Assembly: GCA_963834535.1 (NCBI GenBank) | Contig: CAWICC010000004.1 | Location: forward strand, 667,966 to 731,965 | DNA from: an uncultured delta proteobacterium | GTDB taxonomy: Bacteria > Desulfobacterota > Binatia > Binatales > Binataceae | Direction: 5' to 3' | DNA length: 64,000 bases | Shown here: piece by piece, positions 8,180-17,776 of the stretch | Layout of the letters: each line of letters starts with the position of its first letter | Position numbering within the stretch: position 1 is the stretch's first letter | The notes under the pieces: model-generated | Databases searched by the model: none | Seen by the model: the letters and a program-made list of their open reading frames with translations, nothing else | Told to the model about the DNA's origin: nothing | Translations under genes and position numbers: made by a program

Positions 8180-9052
8180 TTATCCCGAAAAATACCAGCG
8201 AATCAATTGCGGCTGAAAAAGTGCGAAGATTGCGGCGGCCAGGGCGAGGAACGGGCCGAAGGGTATCTCGGTGCGCATGAGCGGGGCGGCGGAGGCGTCT
8301 TCCGGCGCCGCGGTGCCGCGGCGGACACCGGTGACCTCGGCGATCGCGGCAGGCGTTCGATCGGCCGAAGGCGCGGGGATGCCGCCGCTCAAGGCGAGCG
8401 CGATGCCGCCGATCGCGCCGCAGATCGAACCGACGAAGAGCGTGAAGAGGACGCCCTGCCATCCGAGGAAGGCGCCGACCATCCCGATCAGGAAGACGTC
8501 GCCAAGGCCGACGCCCTCGCGGCGGCGCACCAGCAGATAAGCTTCGCCGGTGAGAAAGAGGAAGCCGGCGCCGCCGAGGGCGCCGAGCAGCGAACTGCGG
8601 AGGCCTACTTCGGGCATCAGCAGCCAGGCGCAGAGTATGCCGATGGGGACCCCGGCGAAGGTTATCAGGTTGGGGATGACGCGCCAGTCGTAATCGATCA
8701 GCGCGACGATGTAGAGGGCGGCGCAGAGGGCGAAGCGGGCGATCGCATCGGCGAGCGGGAAGCAAAGAAAGAGATACGCGGCGGCGACGGCAAGGGCGAT
8801 CTCGGTGAGAAAATAGCGAAAGGGAATCGAGGCTCCGCACCTCAGGCAGCGGCCGCGCAGGCCGACATAGGCGAGGATGGGGATATTGGCCCAGACGGGG
8901 ATGGGCCGATCGCATTGCGGACAGAAGGAGCGGGGCGCGGCGATCGAGATCTCGCGCGGATAACGGTAGGCGACGACGTTGACGAAGCTCCCGATGCAGG
9001 CGCCGAAGAGGAAGGCGAAGAGCGCGCCGAGGCCGCGCGGCAGATCGATCAT
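8180..9052 (-). CDS. pilD: Prepilin peptidase (A24 family, PilD-like)
   Basis: 'GSFVNVVAYRYP', 'CPQCDRPIPVWANIPILAY', 'GRCLRCGASI', 'GLGDVFLIGMVGAFLGW'. ATG at 9052 is preferred over the TTG at 9079. Confidence 0.85.
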   Translation of the reverse strand: MIDLPRGLGALFAFLFGACIGSFVNVVAYRYPREISIAAPRSFCPQCDRPIPVWANIPILAYVGLRGRCLRCGASIPFRYFLTEIALAVAAAYLFLCFPLADAIARFALCAALYIVALIDYDWRVIPNLITFAGVPIGILCAWLLMPEVGLRSSLLGALGGAGFLFLTGEAYLLVRRREGVGLGDVFLIGMVGAFLGWQGVLFTLFVGSICGAIGGIALALSGGIPAPSADRTPAAIAEVTGVRRGTAAPEDASAAPLMRTEIPFGPFLALAAAIFALFQPQLIRWYFSG

Positions 9053-9134
9053 TGGAAGGCGAGACCCATCAGGGATCAAGCATACGTTCGCACGCGGCGA
9101 GGTGCCATTGGCGGCGGCGCGCCGATGGGTCGGT

Positions 9135-9968
9135 CTACTTTTGGCATTGCGGACAGTAGAAGCTGGAGCGCTGGCCGATGACGACGGCGCGAATCGGCGC
9201 GGTGCATTCGAGGCACGGCTGCGCTTCGCGATCGTACACGCGGAGCTTGCTGGCGAAGCGGCCGGGCTGACCCTGCGAATCGCGATAGCTGCGAAAGGTG
9301 GTGCCGCGGCTGCCGATGGCCTCGCGGAGGACCTGGGCGGTGATGGCCGCGATGCGATCGAATTCGACGCGGGTAACGCGGCCGGCGCGGCGCGACGGAC
9401 GCACGCGGGCGCGGAAAAGAATCTCGGAGGCGTAGATATTGCCGACGCCGGCGACGATGCGCTGGTCCATCAGGAGGTTCTTGATAGCCGCCTTGCGCCC
9501 ACGCGAGACGGTCCAAAGGTAAGCGGCATTGAACTCCGCGGCGAAGGGCTCGGGGCCGAGGCCCCTTAATTCGGGGAGGTCCGCGACGTCGCCGCGCGCG
9601 CACAGGATCATCAGGCCGAAGCGGCGCGGGTCGTTGTAAACGAGGCGGCTGCCGTCGTCGAGCGCGAACTCGACGTGATCGTGGCGCGGGTCGAAGGGGT
9701 CACCGGCGAAATCGTGGCGGCGATGCGTAAGGCTGCCGGACATGCCGAGGTGGACCATCATGAGGTGGGCGCCGCTGAGCTCGATCATCAGATACTTGGC
9801 GCGGCGGCCGACGGCCTCGATGGTGCGGCCGGCGATCATCGCGGGCAAATCGGGCGCGATCGAGCGGCGCAGGCGCGGTTCCCTCACGATTGCGGAAACG
9901 ACGGTGCGGCCAACAGCAGAGCGGGCGAGAATGCGGCGGAGCGATTCGACCTCGGGCAGTTCAGGCAT
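9135..9968 (-). CDS. mutM: Formamidopyrimidine-DNA glycosylase
   Basis: 'MPELPEVESLRR' and the C-terminal zinc finger 'CLECTAPIRAVVIGQRSSFYCPQCQK'. Overlaps the rsmA stop by 8 nt. Confidence 0.93.
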   Translation of the reverse strand: MPELPEVESLRRILARSAVGRTVVSAIVREPRLRRSIAPDLPAMIAGRTIEAVGRRAKYLMIELSGAHLMMVHLGMSGSLTHRRHDFAGDPFDPRHDHVEFALDDGSRLVYNDPRRFGLMILCARGDVADLPELRGLGPEPFAAEFNAAYLWTVSRGRKAAIKNLLMDQRIVAGVGNIYASEILFRARVRPSRRAGRVTRVEFDRIAAITAQVLREAIGSRGTTFRSYRDSQGQPGRFASKLRVYDREAQPCLECTAPIRAVVIGQRSSFYCPQCQK

Positions 9969-10881
9969 CGCGGACGGCCTTTAGAGCGGCGCGGCTGGCG
10001 AGGGCGCGGGCGAGGCGCACAAAATCCTCGGCGGCGAGGGTCGCGGCGCGGGCGCCCGGATCGATCGCGGCGCCCGCAAAGGTCGCTTCGAGGGCGGCGG
10101 GCTCGAGTGCGAGGGCTTTGCCGACCGCGTTGCGGAGCGTCTTGCGGGGAGCGGAGAAGGCGGCGCGGACGGTGGCGAGGACCGCGCGCTCCTCGGCCGG
10201 AGCGAACGGCAGCGGGCAGCGCGGCACGAAGGTCAGCACTTCGGCCTCGACGCGGGGCTTGGGGTGGAAGCTGCCGGCGGCGACGCGAAAGTGATCGGCG
10301 ATGTGCCAGTAGAGCGACGTGAATGCGCTCAAGGCGCCGTAGTCGGGCGAGCCCGGATGCGCGCGAATGCGTTCGGCGACTTCGCGCTGGAACATCAACA
10401 CCATCCGCGCGATCGCCGGATGCATTGCGCACAGGCGCTCGAGGATGGCGGCGGCGACATTGAAGGGAAGATTGGCCACCACACGCATCGGCGCGGCGGA
10501 ATCGAGGGCGCGAAAAACGCGCGGGTCGATGGTCAGGAAATCGCGGTTGAGCACCTCGACACGAGGATCCAGGGCGAAGCGATCGGACAATCGCGAGGCG
10601 AGGCGATCGTCGAGTTCGATCAGCATCAGACGGCGCGCGGGCCGGAGCGCGAGGCGATCGCTAAGGATGCCGAGGCCGGGGCCGATCTCGAGCACGTTGT
10701 CGCCTGCGTTGATCGCAGCGGCCTCGACGATGCGATCGGCAACGCGCGGCTGCACCAGAAAATTCTGGCCCTTGGATTTGTGGGGAGTCACACCGGCGAG
10801 GGCGAGAGCGCCCGCGGGCCGCAGAGGCGCAGTATGATCGGGCGCGGCAGCGGCGCCATGCGATTGCCGCACACGCGTCAC
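9961..10881 (-). CDS. rsmA: 16S rRNA (adenine1518/1519-N6)-dimethyltransferase
   Basis: 'KSKGQNFLVQPRVADRIV', 'VLEIGPGLGILS', 'VVANLPFNVA'. The GTG start overlaps the tsaD stop (GTGA). Confidence 0.9.
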   Translation of the reverse strand: MTRVRQSHGAAAAPDHTAPLRPAGALALAGVTPHKSKGQNFLVQPRVADRIVEAAAINAGDNVLEIGPGLGILSDRLALRPARRLMLIELDDRLASRLSDRFALDPRVEVLNRDFLTIDPRVFRALDSAAPMRVVANLPFNVAAAILERLCAMHPAIARMVLMFQREVAERIRAHPGSPDYGALSAFTSLYWHIADHFRVAAGSFHPKPRVEAEVLTFVPRCPLPFAPAEERAVLATVRAAFSAPRKTLRNAVGKALALEPAALEATFAGAAIDPGARAATLAAEDFVRLARALASRAALKAVRDA

Positions 10882-11882
10882 AGTGCGAGGTTGGCCTCGG
10901 CGTCGATGGTCAAGGGATCGCGCTCACCGTGGAGCAGGCGGTAACTCCCAGCGAGTGCGATCATGGCGGCGTTGTCGGTGCAGTATTTGAACGATGGCGC
11001 GACGAGCCGGCGACCATCGGCCTCGGCGGCGGCGGCGAGGCGTTCACGCAAGCGGGTATTGGCGGCGACTCCGCCGGTCAGGGCGATGGTCGAGGCGTCG
11101 AGTTGCCGGGCCGCGGCGATGGTCGGGCGCACGAGCATATCGACGACCGCTTCCTGGAAGCTCGCGGCGAGGTCGGCGGAGGAAACGGCCGCCCCGGCAG
11201 CGCTCGCGCGATAGACGGCGACGGCGGTCTTAACGCCGCTGAAGCTGAAATCAAGCGGCGCGCCTTTCACCCGCGCGCGTGTAATCTTCACGCGGTCACG
11301 CGCGCCTGTCCGCGATAAATCGTCGATGATTTTGCCCCCCGGATAGCCCAGGCCCATCAGCTTGGCAACCTTGTCGAAGGCCTCGCCGGCAGCGTCATCG
11401 CGGGTCGAGCCCAGACGCCGGTAGCGCCCGAAATCCTCGACCGCAAAGATAGCGGTATGACCGCCCGAGACTACGAGCGCAAGGTAGGGCATCGCGACCT
11501 CGTGCTCGATCAACGGCGCGAGCAGGTGGCCCTCGATATGATTGACGCCGACGAACGCGATACCGGTCGCCTGCGCCAGGCCCTTCGCGCACATGAGGCC
11601 GACCAGCAGCGAGCCGACCAGGCCGGGGCCGCGTGTCACCGCGATACCGTCGAGGTCACCCAAGGCACATCCGGCGCCGGCCAATGCGCGCTCGATCACC
11701 GGCATTATGGTGATGACGTGATTGCGCGACGCGAGTTCCGGCACGATCCCGCCATAGGCGCGATGGATATCGTCCTGATTCGCAACCGCGCTGGCGCGCA
11801 CGGCCGCGACGCCGGGACGATCGCTTTCGATCACGGCGGCAGCGGCGTCGTCACAAGAAGATTCGATTCCAAGTATCAGCAT
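10878..11882 (-). CDS. tsaD: tRNA N6-adenosine threonylcarbamoyltransferase
   Basis: ATG at 11882 (MLILGIESSCDD). 'VNHIEGHLLAP', 'LVVSGGHT', 'GEAFDKVAKLMGLGYPGG'. The upstream 136 codons of the track ORF are Pro/Arg-rich read-through that overlaps the TPR gene. Confidence 0.93.
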   Translation of the reverse strand: MLILGIESSCDDAAAAVIESDRPGVAAVRASAVANQDDIHRAYGGIVPELASRNHVITIMPVIERALAGAGCALGDLDGIAVTRGPGLVGSLLVGLMCAKGLAQATGIAFVGVNHIEGHLLAPLIEHEVAMPYLALVVSGGHTAIFAVEDFGRYRRLGSTRDDAAGEAFDKVAKLMGLGYPGGKIIDDLSRTGARDRVKITRARVKGAPLDFSFSGVKTAVAVYRASAAGAAVSSADLAASFQEAVVDMLVRPTIAAARQLDASTIALTGGVAANTRLRERLAAAAEADGRRLVAPSFKYCTDNAAMIALAGSYRLLHGERDPLTIDAEANLAL

Positions 11883-11928
11883 TTTCCTAAGATCAGGCGC
11901 TTCAGCATAGCGGTGAAAGCCGCCGAGG

Positions 11929-13278
11929 TTAATCGGGCGGGTAGTCCCAGGCTGGGCTTTGCTTCGGTGCGCCGTCCACCGACGGATTCGAGGCGGGCGG
12001 CGGCGGCGGCGGCGGTTCCGCGGGGGCGGGCTTCGCGGCATCATCCCTGGGCGCCGGAAGCGCCTCGTGCGTTGGACCGGTTTCGGCCGCGGCGTCCTGG
12101 TCGGGCGGGCTCGGCGGACTGGGTAGAAAAGCCGCCAGGCGAGTATAGCCGACGCGGGCGGTGAGGTCGTTAGGCGCCGTGCCGAGAGCGCGCTGATAGG
12201 CCAACGCAGCATCCTCATTCTGGCCCAGCTCTTCGTAGCAATTGCCCTCGAAACCGACGTCTGTCCCGAGCCAATCCGGACGCGCGGCAAAGCCGATTTC
12301 GGCGCGCTGAAGAAAGGTCAGAGCCTGCGTGTAATTGCGACGCGCAATGTAGGCGCGGCCGAGGTAGAAATAGCCGAACGGATTGCCCGGGTCGATCGAG
12401 ACCGCACGCCCAAGGTCACGAATCGCTTCGGCGGTTTGTCCGGCGCGTAACTCCAGGCGCGCCTGTTCGGTCACACGCAGGGCGGCCATGAGCGCGGGTG
12501 TGTCGGCCTTTTTGATCTCGCCGTCGAGCGACGTGTCAGCCAGGTCAGGGCCGCTTTGGATCGATCCGATATCGAGCGCAGGCGGCGGTCCCGCATTGGC
12601 GTCATTCACGCTCTGATTGCCCGCCTCATCCGAGTTGCGCAAAGCCGCGACCCCGGAGTTATTGGCATCGTCAGTTGCTGCGCCATCCGGCGCAGGCGCA
12701 CCCGGCATCAGCGTCGATGCGTGCGATGAACTCGCCGCGGTCTGCGCGGTCGTGAGGCTCGCCGTATGCATTGCGCCTCCGCTTAATGGCGCAGCGCCAT
12801 TGGCCGGCACCGATGCAAGCGCTTTGTCGGAATGCGCACCAGCGGCCGACGGCGGAATTGGCGGCGCGGCAGACGGATTGGGCGGTGCGCCCGGCACCGG
12901 CGCAGTGGGTTTCGCATCGGTGGCCGGATTGCCCGAGGGCACCGAGGAGCCCGGCGGGGCCACCCGTTCCCAATCCTGCGACGGCCCCGGGTTCTCATCG
13001 GGAGCAGCGGTAGTCGAGTCGGCGCGCGGAGCTGTGGGATTTTCGGCCGCGGGCACATTTTGCTCGTCGAGGTGCGCTACTTGCACTGGCGACGCCGTCG
13101 TCACAGATCGCGCGGCGGACGATTCGCCGGGGATCGCGAATATCTGCGCAGGCGATGCGTCGGCGGTATGTGCGAGGCTTAACGTCAGCACGAAAACCAT
13201 CGCGAGTTCGGCCATCGAGCGGCACCAGCCCGCTGAGAGATCCCAACGGGAGGTCTTGATTCTAAAACGGGCGCGCAT
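11929..13278 (-). CDS. Secreted TPR-repeat protein with long Pro/Ala-rich low-complexity regions
   Basis: Signal-like 'MAELAMVFVLTLSLAHTADA' (alternative ATG at 13215). TPR region 'AIRDLGRAVSIDPGNPFGYFYLGRAYIARRNYTQALTFLQRA'. Poly-Pro C-terminal tail. Confidence 0.7.
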   Translation of the reverse strand: MRARFRIKTSRWDLSAGWCRSMAELAMVFVLTLSLAHTADASPAQIFAIPGESSAARSVTTASPVQVAHLDEQNVPAAENPTAPRADSTTAAPDENPGPSQDWERVAPPGSSVPSGNPATDAKPTAPVPGAPPNPSAAPPIPPSAAGAHSDKALASVPANGAAPLSGGAMHTASLTTAQTAASSSHASTLMPGAPAPDGAATDDANNSGVAALRNSDEAGNQSVNDANAGPPPALDIGSIQSGPDLADTSLDGEIKKADTPALMAALRVTEQARLELRAGQTAEAIRDLGRAVSIDPGNPFGYFYLGRAYIARRNYTQALTFLQRAEIGFAARPDWLGTDVGFEGNCYEELGQNEDAALAYQRALGTAPNDLTARVGYTRLAAFLPSPPSPPDQDAAAETGPTHEALPAPRDDAAKPAPAEPPPPPPPASNPSVDGAPKQSPAWDYPPD

Positions 13279-13302
13279 GAACTGCTGATATTACCACCGG
13301 CG

Positions 13303-15738
13303 TCAATCGTTAGGCGACGACGTATCATCGGGCGCCGCCTGCCAGTTCGCGTCCGTCGACGGGGTCGCGGCGGCGGCTGGGGTGGTTCCAGCGGGCGGCG
13401 TGGTGCTCGAGGCGGTAGCCGGTGTAACCGCGCCCGCCGCAGAGTGGAACGGGCAGGTCTGCGTCGGCGCCATATCCTTCGGGAATACGCCCTGAATACT
13501 CACGGGGCAATATGGCCCCGCCAGGTATCCGGTCAAGGGATCGACGTTGGCGATGACGACTCCCGGCGGCACACCAAAGTCCAGCGCCGGCCGCGGCGCA
13601 GTCGCCGCCTTCATAAAGGCGGTCCACGCGGGCAAGGAGGCCTCCGCGCCAGTCAGTCCGAGAGCATCCTTCTGATCGAAGCCCGTCCACACGACCGCCA
13701 GGAGGTTGGGGGTAAAACCGGCAAACCACGCATCCACCGAGTCGTTGGTCGTTCCCGTTTTCCCTGCGGCGGGGCGGGTGAAGCCCAGTTTACGAGCCGC
13801 CTGCCCGGTGCCGTGATTGATGACCTGCTGGAGCATGAAATCCATCGTATAGGCGAGGTCGGAGGAGAGCACCTGGGTGGCTGCGAGTTCATGGCCTTCG
13901 ATGACCTGGTTGTTCTGATCGACCACTGCGGTAACCGCATAGGGCGGCACTTCGAGTCCCTCGTTGGCCAGAACCGCGTAGGCCCGGGCGATCTGCATGG
14001 GCTCGACTTCGATGCCGCCGAGCACGATCGAGGGATACGGCGGCAGGTCACCGAAACCGAGCTTCGCCGCCATCGCGCGCACGCGATCGAGCCCGATCGC
14101 ATTGGCCACGCGCGAGGTCGCCGAATTCAGCGATTCCTCGAGCGCAAATTCGAGGGTGACGCGGCCAAAGTAGCGGTTCTTGAAATTCTTGGGCGTCCAA
14201 CTGGTTTCACCGACCTGCCAGGTGAACGGGGTGTCCTCAACATAAGTAGTCGGCAGGAAATGATCCGGGCCGCCTTCGAAGGTCTCCTGAAGCGCCGCCA
14301 GATAGGTCACGGGCTTGAAGGCGGATCCGGGCTGACGCTTGGATTGGGTGATGCGGTTGAACTGCGATTCGCGATAGTCGCGGCCTCCAGTCATCGCACG
14401 GATCTTACCGGTCTGCGGCTCGATCGCGACCAGGCACGATTGCAGCTCTTCGCTCTTTTCCTTGCGCCGCAACGAGGAATGCTGCGACACCAGCCGATCC
14501 AGATTATCGACGACCGCCTGGTCGCTCTCGCGCTGCATGTGCACGTCCAGGGTCGTGAATATGCGCAAGCCCTCGCCTGTCAGGACGGTTGGCGGATAGC
14601 GTTCGGCCAGCTCGTGTTTGACGTAATCGACAAAATACGGCGCGTCGTTGGTCTCGTTGAACGGCTCGCGCGCGCGAATCGGCTCGGTCACCGCGTCGTC
14701 GTAAGCGGCTTTGCTGATGTAGCCCTCCTGCAGCATTGAGGACAGCACCTCGTTGCGCCGCTCGCGCGCCGCATCCGGATGACGAATCGGGTTGTAGCGG
14801 TTCGGCGATCGAATCATGCCCGCGATGGTCGCCATTTCGGCAATGGACAGGTCGCGAGGCTCCGTGGAGAAGAAGAATTCGGACGCCTCCCAGATGCCGT
14901 AGATGCCCTCCTGTCCGCGCTGGCCGAGATAGATGTCGTTGATGTAGTTCTCGAGGATTTCGTCCTTCGAATAGCGCCGTTCGGCAATGTATGCCATCAG
15001 CGCTTCGGTGACTTTGCGATGCCAGTCGCGCTTGCTGGTGAGGAAAAAGTTCTTCATCAACTGCTGCGTGAGAGTCGAACCGCCCTGCACCAGGTGGCCC
15101 GAATGGAAATCGATCCACCCGGCCTTGAGCGTGCGCATCACGTCGATGCCGTGATGTTCATAAAAGCGATGGTCTTCGGCGGCGAGAATCGCGTCCACGA
15201 AGCCGGGCGGGATTTCTGTCAGCGGCACCAGGCGGCGCTGCTGCCAGTCGCCCTGGAAGATTGCGCCGAGCAGTTCCGGCTCCAGCTCGATCGAGTACAC
15301 GGGCGCGTGCGAACCGGCATCCTCAATCGAAATCAAAGTGGTATCGGGCGCGATCTTGAGATCGACCAGCTCGCCCATGAATTCCTTGAATGGATAAGGA
15401 AAGCTGTGCAGAAAGATCAGCAGGCGCCCGCGCTTATGATCATAAAAATAGATGCCGCGCGAGTTCACCAGATCGGCGCTGGCGACCGGATGATAGTTGA
15501 GCCGCGCGATGCGTTGGAAGAAACCGACGTCGCTCAGGCGCTGACCCGGGTACAAGGTCACCGAGTCCGAATAGATGCGCGACGGAATGGTCCAGCGCTT
15601 GCCCGAAAACCGCTCGACGACCTCCTGCTGCAGCGAGTTGTAATAATTGATGAAGGAATAGATTGCGGGCGCGATCGCAAAGAGCGCGATCACGCAGAGC
15701 GCCAGCAGGCCTATCATTACCGGGCGTTTCAACCGCAT
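13303..15738 (-). CDS. mrcA: Class A penicillin-binding protein (PBP1A; transglycosylase/transpeptidase)
   Basis: GT51 motifs 'EDHRFYEHHGID' and 'GGSTLTQQL'. Transpeptidase motifs 'SAFKP' and 'KTGTT'. N-terminal TM anchor. Confidence 0.92.
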   Translation of the reverse strand: MRLKRPVMIGLLALCVIALFAIAPAIYSFINYYNSLQQEVVERFSGKRWTIPSRIYSDSVTLYPGQRLSDVGFFQRIARLNYHPVASADLVNSRGIYFYDHKRGRLLIFLHSFPYPFKEFMGELVDLKIAPDTTLISIEDAGSHAPVYSIELEPELLGAIFQGDWQQRRLVPLTEIPPGFVDAILAAEDHRFYEHHGIDVMRTLKAGWIDFHSGHLVQGGSTLTQQLMKNFFLTSKRDWHRKVTEALMAYIAERRYSKDEILENYINDIYLGQRGQEGIYGIWEASEFFFSTEPRDLSIAEMATIAGMIRSPNRYNPIRHPDAARERRNEVLSSMLQEGYISKAAYDDAVTEPIRAREPFNETNDAPYFVDYVKHELAERYPPTVLTGEGLRIFTTLDVHMQRESDQAVVDNLDRLVSQHSSLRRKEKSEELQSCLVAIEPQTGKIRAMTGGRDYRESQFNRITQSKRQPGSAFKPVTYLAALQETFEGGPDHFLPTTYVEDTPFTWQVGETSWTPKNFKNRYFGRVTLEFALEESLNSATSRVANAIGLDRVRAMAAKLGFGDLPPYPSIVLGGIEVEPMQIARAYAVLANEGLEVPPYAVTAVVDQNNQVIEGHELAATQVLSSDLAYTMDFMLQQVINHGTGQAARKLGFTRPAAGKTGTTNDSVDAWFAGFTPNLLAVVWTGFDQKDALGLTGAEASLPAWTAFMKAATAPRPALDFGVPPGVVIANVDPLTGYLAGPYCPVSIQGVFPKDMAPTQTCPFHSAAGAVTPATASSTTPPAGTTPAAAATPSTDANWQAAPDDTSSPND

Positions 15739-15764
15739 CGATGGTAAAAGGGCGTGAGCGCCCC

Positions 15765-17210
15765 TCAGCCGCGACCGCGCAACGTGAGGAAGATGGTACC
15801 GTGGTCGCGCTGCACCAGCAGCAGCGTGATCCTCTCATGCGCCGCTCGATCCAGCGCCCGCTGCCAACCGCCGAGATTCTTCACCGGCTGCCGATCTACC
15901 TCCATGATTACATCGCGCGGGCGCAAACCCGCCGCCGCCGCACGGCTGCCCGCATCGACCGCGGCCACCAGCACGCCCGAGTTGTCGCCAAGCTTGAGTT
16001 GACCCGCGAGCGCCGCGTCCAGGTTCTCAACCGTCAGCCCCCACGACGGCGGTGCCGCGCCGGCCATCTCGGCCGACGCCAGTTGTTCTTCGTGCGACAT
16101 TCCGATCACAATTGGTACCTTGCGGGTAATGCGATCGCGAATCACGGTGAGCATCGCGCTGTGTCCGACCGGCACGGCGCCAACCATCAGGGGTAGTTCC
16201 TGCGACTCGCCGATCTCGTGTTGATTGAAGCCGACGATGATGTCGCCGCGCCGCAGTCCGGCCGCCCTGGCCGGACTGTCGTCGATCGTTTGCTCTACCA
16301 GCGCGCCATGCGGCGCGCTCAGGCCCGCGGCCTCCGCCTGGGTTTGCGAGACCGGCTCGATATAGACGCCGAGCCATCCGCGCACGACGCTGCCGCGGCT
16401 GCGCAATTGCGGCAATTCGTCCTTGATCAGATTGACCGGAACCGCGAAGCCAATCCCCATGCTCGATCCCGAGCGCGTGTAGATCGCCGAATTGACGCCG
16501 ACCACCGCCCCATGTTGATCGATCAGCGGGCCGCCCGAGTTGCCCGGATTTATCGAGGCGTCAGTCTGGATGAAATCGTCGTAATTGCCCGGAATGAAGC
16601 GGCCTTTCGCGCTGACGATGCCGGCGGTAACCGAATGGTCGAAGCCGAACGGATTGCCAATCGCGATTACCCATGCGCCGACGCGCAGGCCGTCCGAATC
16701 GCCCAGCGGCGCGATCGGCAAATGGCCGGAGGCGTCGATCTTGATGAGGGCAACATCGGTCTTGTCGTCGCGCCCGGTAACCCGCGCTCTGAACTGGCGC
16801 CCGTCCTGCAGCGTCACCTTGATTCGTTGGGCGCCTTCGACAACGTGCTCATTGGTCAGGATGAAGCCGTCGCGACTGATGATGAAGCCGGATCCGACGC
16901 TCTCCGGCAGCGACGGGTCTTCGTCCGCAAAGGGCTGCCCGAAACGATCGCCGGGATCGCCGCCGTCGCTTGCGGGAGGTGCGCCGACTTTAGGAAGGTT
17001 CTTTTGCTCCGTTGAGACATTGACCACCGCCGGCGACAGCCTGGCTGCGAGGTCAACGAAGTCCGGCAACGACTCGGCCTTGCGCGCGGCCGGGCCGTCG
17101 GAGATCTCGGTCCACAATGGATCGGCGAGCGCGAATCCGGCTCCCAGCCCTAATCCCGCCACTATTGCCGCGATCCAATAGCGTCGTCGCGATCGGTGTC
17201 TGCGCCACAT
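15765..17210 (-). CDS. HtrA/DegP/DegQ family periplasmic serine protease with two PDZ domains
   Basis: 'LTNEHVV', 'DVALIKI', 'GNSGGPLID'. ATG at 17210 is preferred over the TTG at 17240. Confidence 0.9.
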   Translation of the reverse strand: MWRRHRSRRRYWIAAIVAGLGLGAGFALADPLWTEISDGPAARKAESLPDFVDLAARLSPAVVNVSTEQKNLPKVGAPPASDGGDPGDRFGQPFADEDPSLPESVGSGFIISRDGFILTNEHVVEGAQRIKVTLQDGRQFRARVTGRDDKTDVALIKIDASGHLPIAPLGDSDGLRVGAWVIAIGNPFGFDHSVTAGIVSAKGRFIPGNYDDFIQTDASINPGNSGGPLIDQHGAVVGVNSAIYTRSGSSMGIGFAVPVNLIKDELPQLRSRGSVVRGWLGVYIEPVSQTQAEAAGLSAPHGALVEQTIDDSPARAAGLRRGDIIVGFNQHEIGESQELPLMVGAVPVGHSAMLTVIRDRITRKVPIVIGMSHEEQLASAEMAGAAPPSWGLTVENLDAALAGQLKLGDNSGVLVAAVDAGSRAAAAGLRPRDVIMEVDRQPVKNLGGWQRALDRAAHERITLLLVQRDHGTIFLTLRGRG

Positions 17211-17248
17211 CGAAATGCTTCGAACGAAGAGTGCGCGCAACCCACGAT

Positions 17249-17770
17249 TCAGCGCGCCGTTCGCGCTCGTTCAACATATTTCATCCGCAATTCGTAGAGA
17301 ATCGCGTCGATCAACTGCCCTTCCTCGCGATCGAGGTTGCCGCGCGTCTTTTCTTGCAGCATGCCGATGATATCGATGAGTTGCTGCGCTGCCACCAGGT
17401 CCTGCTCGGGCCGGCCGCTCTGCGGATCGGGTATGTCGCCGAGATGCATCAGGGCTTGCGTCGAGAGGCTGACGAGGAAGGTCCCAAAAGTTATCTCGGC
17501 CCTGTCCGCGTGTCCGTGATGGTCGTGAGGATCATCGTGAAGATGCTCGCGCGAATGCTCGTGCTGTTGCTCATGATGCTCGTGATGCTCATCGTGGGCG
17601 TGCAAAACTGCTTGCGGCGGCGCCTCCGCAGCAGCGGTCGCAGGTGGCGGTTCCGGCGGCGGCGCGGCCTCGGCGCTCTCGCGGAACTCGGGTTTAAGGT
17701 CGCCCTCCGAGGAAAATCGGCGGCGATCGTCAACTTTGAAGGCTTTGGGCTTTTCTTCTTCGCGTTCCAT
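17249..17770 (-). CDS. DUF1844 domain protein with a His-rich insert
   Basis: C-terminal 'FGTFLVSLSTQALMHLGDIPDP...AAQQLIDIIGMLQEKTRGNLDREEGQLIDAILYELRMKYV' fits DUF1844. 'HAHDEHHEHHEQQHEHSREHLHDDPHDHHGH' is the His-rich tract. ATG at 17770 (alternative GTG at 17776). Confidence 0.7.
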   Translation of the reverse strand: MEREEEKPKAFKVDDRRRFSSEGDLKPEFRESAEAAPPPEPPPATAAAEAPPQAVLHAHDEHHEHHEQQHEHSREHLHDDPHDHHGHADRAEITFGTFLVSLSTQALMHLGDIPDPQSGRPEQDLVAAQQLIDIIGMLQEKTRGNLDREEGQLIDAILYELRMKYVERARTAR

Positions 17771-17776
17771 CGTCAC

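Noticed and set aside
11883-12290. 136-codon N-terminal extension of the tsaD ORF
   Set aside because: It is Pro/Arg-rich and overlaps the C-terminus of the TPR gene in another frame. The canonical TsaD N-terminus MLILGIESSCDD begins at the ATG at 11882.
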